In this document: one piece after another, positions 30,208-39,376 of the stretch
Numbering within the stretch: position 1 is the stretch's first letter
How the letters are laid out: each line of letters begins with the position of its first letter
Assembly (NCBI GenBank): GCA_050257555.1
Contig: JBLMXB010000028.1
Coordinates: 1,149-65,148 of the forward strand
Direction of reading: 5' to 3'
DNA from: Hyphomicrobiales bacterium
GTDB lineage: Bacteria; Eisenbacteria; RBG-16-71-46; SZUA-252
Length of the DNA stretch: 64,000 nt
Notes under the pieces: generated by a model
The model's input: only the letters and a program-made list of their open reading frames with translations
What the model was told of the DNA's origin: nothing
Database searches by the model: none
Position numbers and translations under genes: made by a program

Positions 30208-30735
30208 ATGGAAGCGAAGCGGCTGATCGAGGAGATGAAGCAGGACCACCGGCGCGTCCGGGCCGAGGTGGCGAAGCTCGCCGCGCTCTTCCGCCCGGGC
30301 GGCTCCCCGCGCCCCGGCTCGGACGCGAAGGTCGCGTCGCTCGTGGCGATGCTCCGCGAGGAGTTCCGGACCCACATGGCGGCCGAGGACGACGTGCTCT
30401 ACCCCGCCGTCGAGGCGGCCGTCCCCGCGGCCCGGGCGACGCTCGCGCCGCTCTACGGCGAGCACGAGGAGCTCCGTCTCATGCTCGACCGGATCGCGGA
30501 GACCCTGGCGGAGGAGCCGGGTCCCGACCGGGACGAGCAGCTCGGCGTCCAGATCGGCGACCTAGGCGAGCTCCTCCGGATCCACGTCCGGAAGGAGGAA
30601 TCGCTGGTCCTCAGCGTGACGGCGCGTCTCCTCGGCCCCGTCGAACTCGAAGCGATCGTCGAACGGCTCCATCCGGAGCGCCCGCTCATGGGCGCCCCGT
30701 CCACCACGAACCCGAGCAAGGGGGAATCACGATGA
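30208..30735 (+). CDS. Hemerythrin (HHE cation-binding) domain protein
   Basis: Start re-set to ATG 30208, preceded by GAGAGAGGGAG. His/Glu-containing helices: MKQDHRRV, EEFRTHMAAEDDVLYP, LYGEHEEL and LLRIHVRKEE. 175 aa. The stop overlaps the next start (ATGA). Confidence 0.7.
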   Translation: MEAKRLIEEMKQDHRRVRAEVAKLAALFRPGGSPRPGSDAKVASLVAMLREEFRTHMAAEDDVLYPAVEAAVPAARATLAPLYGEHEELRLMLDRIAETLAEEPGPDRDEQLGVQIGDLGELLRIHVRKEESLVLSVTARLLGPVELEAIVERLHPERPLMGAPSTTNPSKGESR

Positions 30736-31202
30736 ACCGCAGCCTTCTCTGGATCCTGCTCCTCGTCGCGGCGGCCACGGCGGCCGGTTGCGGCGGGGAC
30801 AAAGCCGCCGCTCCGCCGAGCACGGCGGTCGGCGCGACGTCGCCGTACGACGTCGGCCCGCGCGCCGCCGACTCCCCGGTCAGCCCCGCCCTCGCGACGC
30901 AGGGCGAGACGCTCTTCAAGACGAAGGGGTGCACCGCCTGCCATACGTACGGCAAGCGGATGACCGGTCCGAACCTCCAGGGCGTCACGCACCGGCGCAC
31001 GGCCGACTGGATGGAGCACCAGATCCTCCATCCCGAGATCATGACGAAGGAGGATCCGATCTCCCGGGCGCTCCTCGCCGAGTACGCCGTGCAGATGTCG
31101 AATCAGGGCCTCAAGCCGGACGAGGCGAAGGCCGTGGTCGAGTACCTGAAGCACCTGGACGAGCAGACCGACGCGGGCACGCTCGCCCAGGCCCCGAAAT
31201 GA
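30732..31202 (+). CDS. Monoheme c-type cytochrome lipoprotein (nos-associated)
   Basis: Lipobox AAAGC and a single CxxCH motif (KGCTACH). 156 aa. It lies directly upstream of nosZ and has a paralog at 39377..40072. Confidence 0.8.
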   Translation: MNRSLLWILLLVAAATAAGCGGDKAAAPPSTAVGATSPYDVGPRAADSPVSPALATQGETLFKTKGCTACHTYGKRMTGPNLQGVTHRRTADWMEHQILHPEIMTKEDPISRALLAEYAVQMSNQGLKPDEAKAVVEYLKHLDEQTDAGTLAQAPK

Positions 31203-31231
31203 CGAGGCCATCGAACGGAGGAGGCACGACG

Positions 31232-33127
31232 ATGAAGCGGTGGTTCGGATTCACCCTCGCCCTGGCGGCGCTCGCGATCCTCGCCGCGGCCCTGGGCGGA
31301 TGCGGCGCGGGCCGCGGGTCGAGCGCGGCGCTCAAGACGTACGTGAAGCCGGGCGAGCACGACACGCACTACGCGTTCCTCTCGGGCGGCCACTCGGGCC
31401 AGGTCTTCGTCTACGGGCTCCCCTCGTGCCGCTACATCACCACGATTCCGGTCTTCACCCCGGAGCCCGCCAAGGGCTACGGCGTGGACGAGGAGTCGAA
31501 GGCCATGCTGAAGGGCTTCACCTGGGGCGACGCGCATCACCCCGCGCTCTCGGAGACGGACGGCGACTACGACGGGCGCTGGCTCTTCATCAACGACATG
31601 CCGAACGCGCGCATCGCGCGGATCGACCTGAGCGACTTCACCACCCGCGAGATCTTCGGGCCGATCCCGAACGTCTCCGCGGCGCACGCCTCTCCCTTCC
31701 TGACGCCGAACACGGAGTACGTCTTCGCGGCATCCCGATTCTCCGTGCCGGAGCCGATCGGAACGATCGCCAAGATCGACGACTACCAGAAGGCGTTCAA
31801 GGGAATCGTGGCGGGCGTGAAGGTCAGCAACGAAGGTCACATGTCGCTGGGGTTCGAGATTCTCACGCCGCCGTTCGACTGGGACATCTGCGACGCCGGG
31901 AAGGGGCCGAGCCTCGGCTGGCAGTTCTTCACGTGCTACAACAGCGAGGAGGCGCACGACGACCTCGAGGTCAACGCGTCGCAGAACGAGATGGACTACA
32001 TCCTCGCGGTCGACTGGCGTGCGGCGCAGAAGGCCGTGGACGCCGGCAAGGCCCACACGATCGGCGGCGCGCCGGTCCTCTACCCCTCGGAGAATCCGGG
32101 TCTCTGCTACCTCCTGCCGACCCCGAAGAGCCCGCACGGCGTCGACGTATCGCCGAGCGGCGAGTACATCTGCGCCTCCGGGAAGCTCCAGGCGGAGGTC
32201 ACCGTCCACAGCTTCGCGAAGATGCAGGCCGCGATCGCGGCCGGGAAGTTCGAGAAGGTCATCGACGGAATCCCGGTGCTCCGCTTCCAGGACGTGCTCG
32301 AGGCGAAGGTCCCGGTCGGCCTCGGCCCGCTCCATACGCAGTTCGACAACAAGGGCTACGCGTACACGTCGCTCTTCCTCGATTCGCAGATCGCGAAGTG
32401 GAAGGTCGGCCCGCCGTGGAACGTCGTGGACAAGATCGACGTCTACTACTCCATCGGCCATCTCGCGGCGTCGGCCGGCGACACGCGGCACCCGACCGGC
32501 GAGTACCTGCTGGCCCTCGACAAGCTCTCGAAGGACCGCTACCTGCCGGTCGGCCCCTCGCATCCGGAAGGCGCCCAGCTGATCGACATCCGCGGCCCGA
32601 AGATGGAGCTGCTCTACGACTTCCCGACGTATCCCGAGCCGCACTACGGCCAGATCATCGAGGCGAGCAAGCTCCACCCGATGAAGATCTACCCGCTCGC
32701 GGAGAACAAGAACCCGTACGCGGTCCACTCGCCGGAGGAGACGCGGGTCGAGCGGCACGGGAAGCGGGTGGACGCCTACGTCATCGCGATCCGCACGCAC
32801 TTCACGCCGGACAACATCCGGGTGGCGCAGGGGGACACCGTCTACTTCCACGTGACGAACCTGGAACAGGACGAGGACATCACGCACGGATTCGGCATCA
32901 CGAACTCCAGCAAGGACATGCAGGTCGAGCCGGGCGAGACGAAGACGATCCGGTGGGTCGCCGAGCGCGCGGGGATCCAGCCCTTCTACTGCTCCAACTT
33001 CTGCAGTGCCCTGCACCAGGAGATGCAGGGGTACATCGAGGTGGCGCCGGCCGGGACGAAGATCGCGGCCGTGCAGCGACCCCGTCCCGAAGTCGTCGCG
33101 GAAGTCGCCGCGCTGGTGAAGCGCTGA
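31232..33127 (+). CDS. nosZ: Nitrous-oxide reductase, Sec/lipoprotein-type (clade II-like)
   Basis: Start ATG 31232, preceded by GGAGGAGG. The signal MKRWFGFTLALAALAILAAALGGC has no twin-arginine motif and carries a lipobox. CuZ-region motifs: WGDAHHP and NVSAAHASPF. CuA motif at the C-terminus: HGFGI...FYCSNFCSALHQEMQGYIEV. 631 aa. Confidence 0.92.
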   Translation: MKRWFGFTLALAALAILAAALGGCGAGRGSSAALKTYVKPGEHDTHYAFLSGGHSGQVFVYGLPSCRYITTIPVFTPEPAKGYGVDEESKAMLKGFTWGDAHHPALSETDGDYDGRWLFINDMPNARIARIDLSDFTTREIFGPIPNVSAAHASPFLTPNTEYVFAASRFSVPEPIGTIAKIDDYQKAFKGIVAGVKVSNEGHMSLGFEILTPPFDWDICDAGKGPSLGWQFFTCYNSEEAHDDLEVNASQNEMDYILAVDWRAAQKAVDAGKAHTIGGAPVLYPSENPGLCYLLPTPKSPHGVDVSPSGEYICASGKLQAEVTVHSFAKMQAAIAAGKFEKVIDGIPVLRFQDVLEAKVPVGLGPLHTQFDNKGYAYTSLFLDSQIAKWKVGPPWNVVDKIDVYYSIGHLAASAGDTRHPTGEYLLALDKLSKDRYLPVGPSHPEGAQLIDIRGPKMELLYDFPTYPEPHYGQIIEASKLHPMKIYPLAENKNPYAVHSPEETRVERHGKRVDAYVIAIRTHFTPDNIRVAQGDTVYFHVTNLEQDEDITHGFGITNSSKDMQVEPGETKTIRWVAERAGIQPFYCSNFCSALHQEMQGYIEVAPAGTKIAAVQRPRPEVVAEVAALVKR

Positions 33128-33191
33128 ACGAATCGGTCCGGGACCGGGCGCGCGTCCGGTCCCGGCCGGAACCCCGGAGGAGGTGGACGGA

Positions 33192-33809
33192 ATGGTGAAC
33201 TACCTGGGCGGCGCGTTCCCCGCGAAGGAACGGAGGCTGATCCTGCTCGCGGCGCTCGTGCTGCTGCCGGTCTTCTTCCTGCCGGTGCTCCACGTCTGGG
33301 AGATGCGCCTCTGGGCGCCGCAGTACCCCGAAGGGCTGCGCCTGACGATCTACTCGAACACGATCCGCGGCAACCTGGACCAGATCAACCTGCTGAACCA
33401 CTACGTCGGCATGCACAAGATCACGCCGGCGGACTTCAAGGAGTTCCAGTACCTGCCGCAGCTCCTGACCGGGTTCGGCGTGCTCGCGCTCCTCGCGGCG
33501 CTCCTGAATCGCCGCTGGCTGGCCGTGCTCGGCTGGGTCCTCTTCAGCGCGTTCGCGGTCTACATGTTCCGGGACTACGCGCTCTGGCTCTACCGCTACG
33601 GCCACGATCTCGATCCGCGCGCGGCGCTCAAGCTCCCCGCGTTCACGCCGCCCCTGATCGGGTACGCGAAGATGGCGAACTTCCGCGTGCTGAGCCTCCC
33701 TGGACCGGGAACGCTCCTGCTCGGCATGGCGTGGCTCCTGGGCCCCCTCGCGGTCTGGCTCGATCGACGCGACGACGCGCGCGAGCCGGCCGAGGCGAAG
33801 GCGGCGTGA
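33192..33809 (+). CDS. nosB: NosB-like integral membrane protein of clade II nos clusters
   Basis: I prefer ATG 33192, 8 nt after GGAGGAGG, over the track start GTG 33183. About four TM helices. Sequence: WAPQYPEGLRLTIYSNTIRGNLDQINLLNHYVGMHKI. Its position between nosZ and nosD matches the clade II layout (established knowledge of the cluster type). Confidence 0.65.
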   Translation: MVNYLGGAFPAKERRLILLAALVLLPVFFLPVLHVWEMRLWAPQYPEGLRLTIYSNTIRGNLDQINLLNHYVGMHKITPADFKEFQYLPQLLTGFGVLALLAALLNRRWLAVLGWVLFSAFAVYMFRDYALWLYRYGHDLDPRAALKLPAFTPPLIGYAKMANFRVLSLPGPGTLLLGMAWLLGPLAVWLDRRDDAREPAEAKAA

Positions 33810-33810
33810 C

Positions 33811-35265
33811 GTGACCGGACGCGCGCGCGCGCGCGGCTTCCTCCTCGCCGCCGCCCTGGCCGCGGCGGCGTCCCCGGCGACCGGCGCGGTCCGGTCGGTC
33901 CCCCCGCGCGACGGCGCGGTATCCGCCGCGCTCGCCGTCGCGAACGACGGCGACACGGTGCGGCTCGAGGCGGGGATCCATCGCGGCCCGCTCACGGTCG
34001 GCCGCCGGGTCCGCCTGGTCGGCGACCCGGGCGCCGTGCTCGACGGCGGCGGCGCGGCGACGGTCCTCACGGTCACGGCCTCCGGCGCCCGCGTCGAGTC
34101 GCTCGAGGTCCGTGGGAGCGGCCGGGACGTCCTGACCCTCGACGCCGGCGTCCACGTGGTGGGCGCCCGCGGGGTCGTGTTGCGCGGCCTCCGGCTCTCC
34201 GACGTCCTCTACGGCATCGCCGGCGAGCGCGCCGACTCGATCGTGATCGACGGGTGCGCCCTCGCCGGCCGCGTGCGGCCCGCGCTCGAAGCGGGCGCGG
34301 ATCTGAACGAGGCCGAGGGGAACGGCATCCACCTCTGGTACTGCCGGGACGCGGTCGTCCGCCGCTCCAGCGCGACGCGGTTCATGGACGGCGTCTATCT
34401 CTCGTTCGTCGACCGGATCCAGGTGGCCGATTCGCGCTTCTCGGGGAACGGCCGGTACGGATTCCACACGATGTACTGTCAGGAGAATCGCCTGGTCGGG
34501 AACCGGTTCGTCGCCAACCTCGCCGGTTGCGCGATCATGTTCTCGAACCACCTCGTGGTCGAGCGGAACGAGTTCCTCCGAAATCGCGGGCCGCGGACGT
34601 ACGGGCTCCTGCTCCGCGACTGTTCGTCGGGGGCGTTCACCGGGAATCGCCTGATCGACAACACGATCGCGATCTTCATGGACGGCTCGAACCGGAACGT
34701 CTTCCGGCGGAATCTGGTCCAGGACAACGGCTGGGGCCTCCTCCTCTTCTCCTCGTGCGCCGGGAACGAGTTCGCCGAGAACGACTTCCTGAACGACGAC
34801 TACCCGGTGGCGCTCGACATGCGCCGGTCGGACAACCGGTTCGACGACGGCCGGCGCGGCAACTATTGGAGCGGGAACGCTCCGTACGACCTCGACGGGG
34901 ACGGCGTCAGCGACGTGCCGTACGCTCCGGTGACCGCGTTCGCGTTCCTCTCGAAGCAGTATCCCGACCTCGCGATCCTCGCGCAGAGCCCCGCCGCGAA
35001 CGCGCTCACGATGGCGGAGCGGACGATCCCCGCGCTTAGGCCGAGCGAGATCGTCGACCGCTTCCCGCTGGTCGCGCCCGCCCCGATTCCGGCGCCCCCC
35101 GACGCCGCGCGACAGCGCGCGGGGGACGCTCGAGTCGTGGCGGCGAGCGACGATGTCCCGGGCGCCGGGTCCACGGCCCGGCGCTCCTCGCTCCCCGCCG
35201 CGGCCGGGTTCCTCGCGCTCGCGGCCGGGGGCCTCGCGGGCCTCGCCGCGCGGAGGAGCGCATGA
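33811..35265 (+). CDS. nosD: NosD, periplasmic right-handed beta-helix copper-processing protein
   Basis: GTG start 1 nt after the nosB stop. Parallel beta-helix repeats are visible (NGIHLWYCRDAVV, NGRYGFHTMYCQENRLVGN, NRFVANLAGCAIMFSNHLVVERN, NRLIDNTIAIFMDGSNRNVFRRN). C-terminal GNYWS...DLDGDGVSDVPY. 484 aa. Confidence 0.85.
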   Translation: MTGRARARGFLLAAALAAAASPATGAVRSVPPRDGAVSAALAVANDGDTVRLEAGIHRGPLTVGRRVRLVGDPGAVLDGGGAATVLTVTASGARVESLEVRGSGRDVLTLDAGVHVVGARGVVLRGLRLSDVLYGIAGERADSIVIDGCALAGRVRPALEAGADLNEAEGNGIHLWYCRDAVVRRSSATRFMDGVYLSFVDRIQVADSRFSGNGRYGFHTMYCQENRLVGNRFVANLAGCAIMFSNHLVVERNEFLRNRGPRTYGLLLRDCSSGAFTGNRLIDNTIAIFMDGSNRNVFRRNLVQDNGWGLLLFSSCAGNEFAENDFLNDDYPVALDMRRSDNRFDDGRRGNYWSGNAPYDLDGDGVSDVPYAPVTAFAFLSKQYPDLAILAQSPAANALTMAERTIPALRPSEIVDRFPLVAPAPIPAPPDAARQRAGDARVVAASDDVPGAGSTARRSSLPAAAGFLALAAGGLAGLAARRSA

Positions 35266-36209
35266 TCCGCGCCACCGGCCTCGTGAAGCGGTTCGGCGCG
35301 GTCCGCGCCGTCGACGGTCTCTCCTTCGACGTCGCGCCCGGCGAGACGTTCGCGCTGATCGGTCCGAACGGCGCCGGGAAGACGACGACCCTGAAGCTCC
35401 TCCTCGGCCTCGTCCGCCCCGACGCCGGATCGATCGCGATCGGCGCGGAGGGGCTGCCGCCCGACCGTCCCGAGGCGCGCCGCGATCTCGGATACGTGCC
35501 CCAGCGGGTCGAGTTCCCGCCGGGGAGGACCGCGGCGCAGGTGCTCGGGTTCTTCGCGGCGCTCCGCGGGCTGCCCGCGGCATCGGTCCCGCGCGCGCTC
35601 GAGCGCGTCGGCATGGCGTCGCTCGCCGATCGGCGCGCGAGCGACCTCTCGGGGGGATACGCGCAGCGGCTCTCCCTCGCGCAGGCGCTCCTGGCCGACC
35701 CCACGCTCTTGGTGCTGGACGAGCCGACCGCAAGCCTCGATCCCGAGGCGACCTGGGAGTTCCGGACCCTCCTCGAGCGGCTCCGCCGCGACGGGAAGAC
35801 GATCCTCCTCTGCTCCCACCTCCTGAGCGAGGTGGAGCGGGTCGCCGACCGCGTGCTGATCCTCATCGGGGGAAGACGCGCCGCGCTCGAGTCGCTGGCC
35901 GACCTTCGCGCGCGCCAGGCGATGAGCGCACGGCTCACGGTCGAGACGAACGGGAGCCAGGCGGCGGCGATCGAGTCGCTCCGGAGACGCGGCATCGGGT
36001 TCGAGCGCGTCGACGGCTCCCGCCTCTCGGTGGACGGGCGCGAGGGCGGTGGCGTGCGCGCCCTCGAAGCGCTCCGGGGCGACGGCGTTCCGGTCCGCTC
36101 GTTCGAGCTCCAGAGAGCGTCGCTCGAGGAGATCTTCCTCGACGTGGTCCGCGCGTCGCGAGGGGAGAACACGCCCGTCGCTCGGGAGGAGGCGCTCGAT
36201 GCCCGCTGA
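35262..36209 (+). CDS. nosF: NosF, ABC transporter ATP-binding protein
   Basis: ATGA overlap with nosD. Walker A GPNGAGKTT, ABC signature LSGGYAQR, Walker B LLVLDEPT. 315 aa. Confidence 0.88.
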   Translation: MIRATGLVKRFGAVRAVDGLSFDVAPGETFALIGPNGAGKTTTLKLLLGLVRPDAGSIAIGAEGLPPDRPEARRDLGYVPQRVEFPPGRTAAQVLGFFAALRGLPAASVPRALERVGMASLADRRASDLSGGYAQRLSLAQALLADPTLLVLDEPTASLDPEATWEFRTLLERLRRDGKTILLCSHLLSEVERVADRVLILIGGRRAALESLADLRARQAMSARLTVETNGSQAAAIESLRRRGIGFERVDGSRLSVDGREGGGVRALEALRGDGVPVRSFELQRASLEEIFLDVVRASRGENTPVAREEALDAR

Positions 36210-36666
36210 CGCGACGCTCCGCGGCGTCGCGCGCGTCGCGGCGCTCGCCCTCCTGCTCGCGGCGGCCGCCGCGGTCGGCGGCTGCGCGAAGCCGGACGCG
36301 GGGCCGCCCCGCATCGCGCGGGGGACGCCGTGCTCGGCTTGCGGCATGGAGGTCCGCGACCTCCGATTCGCCTGCGCGGTGCGCGCGGGATCGGAGATCC
36401 GGGTCTACGACTCGATCGAGTGCGCGCTCCACGGCGGCGCGGGCGCCCCGGGGTCGCGGGTCTACCTCGCCGACTTCCTTACCGCGGCGCTCCACGAAGG
36501 CGATTCGCTCTGGGTCGTGCGGGGCGACATCCCGTCGCCGATGGGGGGCGGTTACGCGGCTTTCCTCGACCGGACCGAGGCGGAGCGCGTCGCGACGGCG
36601 CGCGCGGGGCGAACCGCGCGCTTCGCGGCGTTCCTCGCGCCCAGCGCGGCGGAGGCGTCACGATGA
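36199..36666 (+). CDS. nosL: NosL, copper-chaperone lipoprotein
   Basis: Start re-set to ATG 36199, overlapping the nosF end by 11 nt. Lipobox AVGGC. NosL-type motif: CSACGMEVRDLRFACAV...VYDSIECAL. 155 aa. Confidence 0.75.
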   Translation: MPADATLRGVARVAALALLLAAAAAVGGCAKPDAGPPRIARGTPCSACGMEVRDLRFACAVRAGSEIRVYDSIECALHGGAGAPGSRVYLADFLTAALHEGDSLWVVRGDIPSPMGGGYAAFLDRTEAERVATARAGRTARFAAFLAPSAAEASR

Positions 36667-37079
36667 CCCGCAGGTACCGCGCCCTCGCGATCGCGGCCCT
36701 CGCCGGATCGCTCGTCGTGGCGCTCGCGCTGCGCGCGCCGCGCCCGGAGCCGCGGGCCGCGGCGCCGGCGCCGGCGTCCCGCCCGGACGCGGCCGTCGCG
36801 CTCGCCGTGTCGGACGGCGCGATCGTCCCCGCGCGAACGGCCACGCCGAAGGGCGCGGAGGTCACGGTCACGCTGACCAACCGGGACCGGGTGGTCCGGA
36901 CCGTGACGCTCCTCGGCTACGAGGATCGCGTCTCGGCGACGCGTCTCGAGCCCGGGGCGGCCGCGCGCGTCACGTTCGTCGCCGACAGGCCCGGCGACGA
37001 CTTCGCCTGGCTCGTGGACGGACGGCCCGCCGGCACGTTCGACGTCACCGGATCCCACCTCGTGGAGGGACATCGATGA
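36663..37079 (+). CDS. Hypothetical membrane-anchored beta-sandwich (cupredoxin-like, ligand-less) protein inside the nos operon
   Basis: ATGA overlaps at both ends, with the nosL stop and the nosY start. 138 aa. N-terminal anchor YRALAIAALAGSLVVALAL, then a Pro/Ala linker, then AVSDGAIVPARTATPKGAEVTVTLTNRDRVVRTVTLLGYEDRVSATRLEPGAAARVTFVADRPGDDFAWLVDG. This resembles the Cupredoxin_1 strand pattern but has no Cys and no positioned His/Met ligands. The coding call is good; the function is unknown. Confidence 0.6.
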   Translation: MTRRYRALAIAALAGSLVVALALRAPRPEPRAAAPAPASRPDAAVALAVSDGAIVPARTATPKGAEVTVTLTNRDRVVRTVTLLGYEDRVSATRLEPGAAARVTFVADRPGDDFAWLVDGRPAGTFDVTGSHLVEGHR

Positions 37080-37921
37080 GCGCGTTCCGCGACGCCCGAC
37101 GCCGCCGAGTCCTCGTGATCGCCCGCGAGGAGTATCGCCGCGCGCTCGAGACGCGCTGGCTCTTCGCGTTCACGGCCCTCTTCGCCGTGCTGGTGCTGGG
37201 TCTCTCCTATTTCGGACTCGCGCAGAGCCAGGAGGTCGGGTTCCAGGGATTCTCGCGCGTCACGCTGAGCCTGATGAACCTCGTGCTCTTCGTGGTGCCG
37301 CTGACCGGGCTCGTGCTCGGCGTCTCGAGCCTCACCGGAAGCGCGGAGACACTGCCACTCCTCCTCGCCCAGCCGGTCTCGCGGGGCGAGGTGCTCGCCG
37401 GAAAGTACCTCGGACTCGCGACGGCGCTCGCGGCGGCCCAGGCGCTCGGCTTCGGCGCGGGCGGACTCGTCGTCGCGCTCGCCGCCGGGCCCGACCAGAT
37501 CGGGGGCTTCGCCGTCCTGACCGCGCTCTCGCTCGTGCTCGGGTTCCTCTCCCTCGCGGCGGCGTTCGGCATCGCGTCGGTGCTCGCCGACCGCGTGCGG
37601 TCGCTCTCCGCGGCGCTCCTCCTCTGGCTCCTGCTCGTCGTGGCCTACGATCTCGCCGTGCTCGGCGCCACGGCGCTCCTCCAGGGTGTGCCGCTCCAGG
37701 CCGTGCTCTTCCCCGCCCTCCTGCTCAACCCGATCGACCTGACGCGCGTCCTCGTGACGCTGGCCGTCGGCTCGGGCGCGCTCTTCGGTCCGACGTCGGC
37801 GACCCTGGTCAAGGTGCTCGGCGGTGGAGCCGGAGTGACCCTCGCGCTCACGATGCTCGCCGTGGAGACGGCGCTCCCGCTCTTCGTCGCCGGACGCGTC
37901 TTCCGCCGGCGCGACTGGTAG
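37076..37921 (+). CDS. nosY: NosY, ABC-2 type permease
   Basis: Start ATG 37076 (ATGA overlap). Six hydrophobic helices. 281 aa. The position and the ABC-2 permease pattern match NosY. Confidence 0.8.
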   Translation: MSAFRDARRRRVLVIAREEYRRALETRWLFAFTALFAVLVLGLSYFGLAQSQEVGFQGFSRVTLSLMNLVLFVVPLTGLVLGVSSLTGSAETLPLLLAQPVSRGEVLAGKYLGLATALAAAQALGFGAGGLVVALAAGPDQIGGFAVLTALSLVLGFLSLAAAFGIASVLADRVRSLSAALLLWLLLVVAYDLAVLGATALLQGVPLQAVLFPALLLNPIDLTRVLVTLAVGSGALFGPTSATLVKVLGGGAGVTLALTMLAVETALPLFVAGRVFRRRDW

Positions 37922-37931
37922 GCCGGGCTCC

Positions 37932-39176
37932 GTGCAGATCGAGCTCCGGGAGGCGCCCGCGCCTCGGCCAGGGCGGACCACCGCGCCCGACGCGGCGCCG
38001 GGGACCGGCGGAACATCGGCCGTCCCCGACCCCTACCGCATCCTCTTTCCGCTCGGCGTCGCCTACGGCCTGACGGGCGCCGCGCTCTGGCCCCTCCACG
38101 CGCTCGGCTGGATCCCCTACCCCGCGACCCTCCACTGGACGCTGATGGCGCAAGGGTTCCAGCATTGCTTCATTCTTGGATTCCTACTCACTGCCATGCC
38201 GTCGTTTATGCATGCGGAGCATTGTGGCCGCACGGAGCTTTCGATCGGGGTGGCCGCGATGGCGGCGTTCGGCGTGGCGGCGCTCGCCGGGTGGCCGGCG
38301 ATCGCACAAGCCTGCTACCTGGCGACGCTCGTCCTGGTCGTCGGAATGGCGATCCGACGGAGGCGTCAGGGGGCGCCGTCGCCCCCCGTCGAGTTCGTCC
38401 TGGTCGCCTTCGGAATCGCGCTCGCCGCGGCCGGCTCCCTCCTGATCGCGGGAGAAGCGCTCGGGCTCGCCGCGGAGCCGTCGCCTCGCCTCGGCATCCG
38501 GCTCGTCTGGCTCGGGATGATCCTCTCCTCGGTCCTCGGCGTCGGAGGGCTCCTCGTCCCGACGTTCAGCGCCATGCGCGAGCCGCTCGTCATTCCCGGC
38601 ATCGCCCGCCCGCACGAGCGGGCGCCGCGACGCCGCCTCTACGCCGGGGTCGCGCTCCTCCTCCTCGCGTCGCTCGCGCTCGAAGCGACGGGGCACGCGC
38701 CGGCCGGGGCCCTCCTACGCGCCGCGACGGCGAGCCTCGTCCTCCTCCTCGTCTGGAAGCTCTTCCGGGCCCCGGGCCGTACCGACCTCCTCTCCTATTC
38801 GATATGGACGGCCGGCTGGATGATCTTCGCGGGGCTCTGGCTCATGGCCCTCTTCCCCCTTCGACCGCTCCTCGGCGCGCACGTCGTCCTGATCGGAGGC
38901 TTCGCGCTCCTCACGGCGGGGATCGGAACGCGGGTGGTGGTGCGGCACGGGGGGTATCCGCTCGGCGAGGAGGGGCGCGTGCTCCGCGCGGGCGTCGTGG
39001 CGCTCCTCGGGGTGGCCCTCGCCGCCCGGGTGGCCGCGGAGCTCGCGCCCGACGCGCGCGCCGCCCTCCTCTCCGCCAGCGCGCTCGCCTGGATCGCGGC
39101 ATGGACGACCTGGGGAGCCGGCGCCTGGCCGCGGGTCGCACCTCGTCGCCCGCGAGGAGACCCGCCCACTCGCTGA
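37932..39176 (+). CDS. nnrS: NnrS family membrane protein (divergent)
   Basis: GTG start 10 nt after nosY. About 12 TM helices. Sequence YRILFPLGVAYGLTGAALWPL...HWTLMAQGFQHCFILGFLLTAMPSF is comparable to the NnrS core GFLLTA(v)P motif. 414 aa. Confidence 0.6.
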   Translation: MQIELREAPAPRPGRTTAPDAAPGTGGTSAVPDPYRILFPLGVAYGLTGAALWPLHALGWIPYPATLHWTLMAQGFQHCFILGFLLTAMPSFMHAEHCGRTELSIGVAAMAAFGVAALAGWPAIAQACYLATLVLVVGMAIRRRRQGAPSPPVEFVLVAFGIALAAAGSLLIAGEALGLAAEPSPRLGIRLVWLGMILSSVLGVGGLLVPTFSAMREPLVIPGIARPHERAPRRRLYAGVALLLLASLALEATGHAPAGALLRAATASLVLLLVWKLFRAPGRTDLLSYSIWTAGWMIFAGLWLMALFPLRPLLGAHVVLIGGFALLTAGIGTRVVVRHGGYPLGEEGRVLRAGVVALLGVALAARVAAELAPDARAALLSASALAWIAAWTTWGAGAWPRVAPRRPRGDPPTR

Positions 39177-39376
39177 CCGCTCTACCCGGCGCGGACGCCG
39201 CCACATCCCCGTTCCCCCGCCTCGAGAGCGCCCCACCGGACCCCGTCGTATCCACGGCGGATGTGCTCCTCCGGTACCATGGTCGCGCGGGGGTGCCGTT
39301 TGCTAGAGTCAAAGGGTTCGGCGTTCGCGTCGTACGCCTTGCATCTCGGGCCGGACCGACCACGGAAACGCAGCGC

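Noticed and set aside
38161-38230. Local drop in GC inside nnrS (agcattgcttcattcttggattcctactcactgccatgccgtcgtttatgcatgc) as a possible small insertion
   Set aside because: The reading frame is continuous, and the patch encodes the most family-typical segment (FQHCFILGFLLTAMPSFMHAEHCG). The low GC simply reflects Phe/Ile/Met/His/Cys codons.
39299-39313. TTTG-N7-CAAA element upstream of the second cytochrome c as a possible FNR box
   Set aside because: The spacing is one nucleotide short of the FNR layout (TTG-N8-CAA), and the half-sites differ from the TGAC/GTCA boxes found at 30016 and 30112. The evidence is insufficient.
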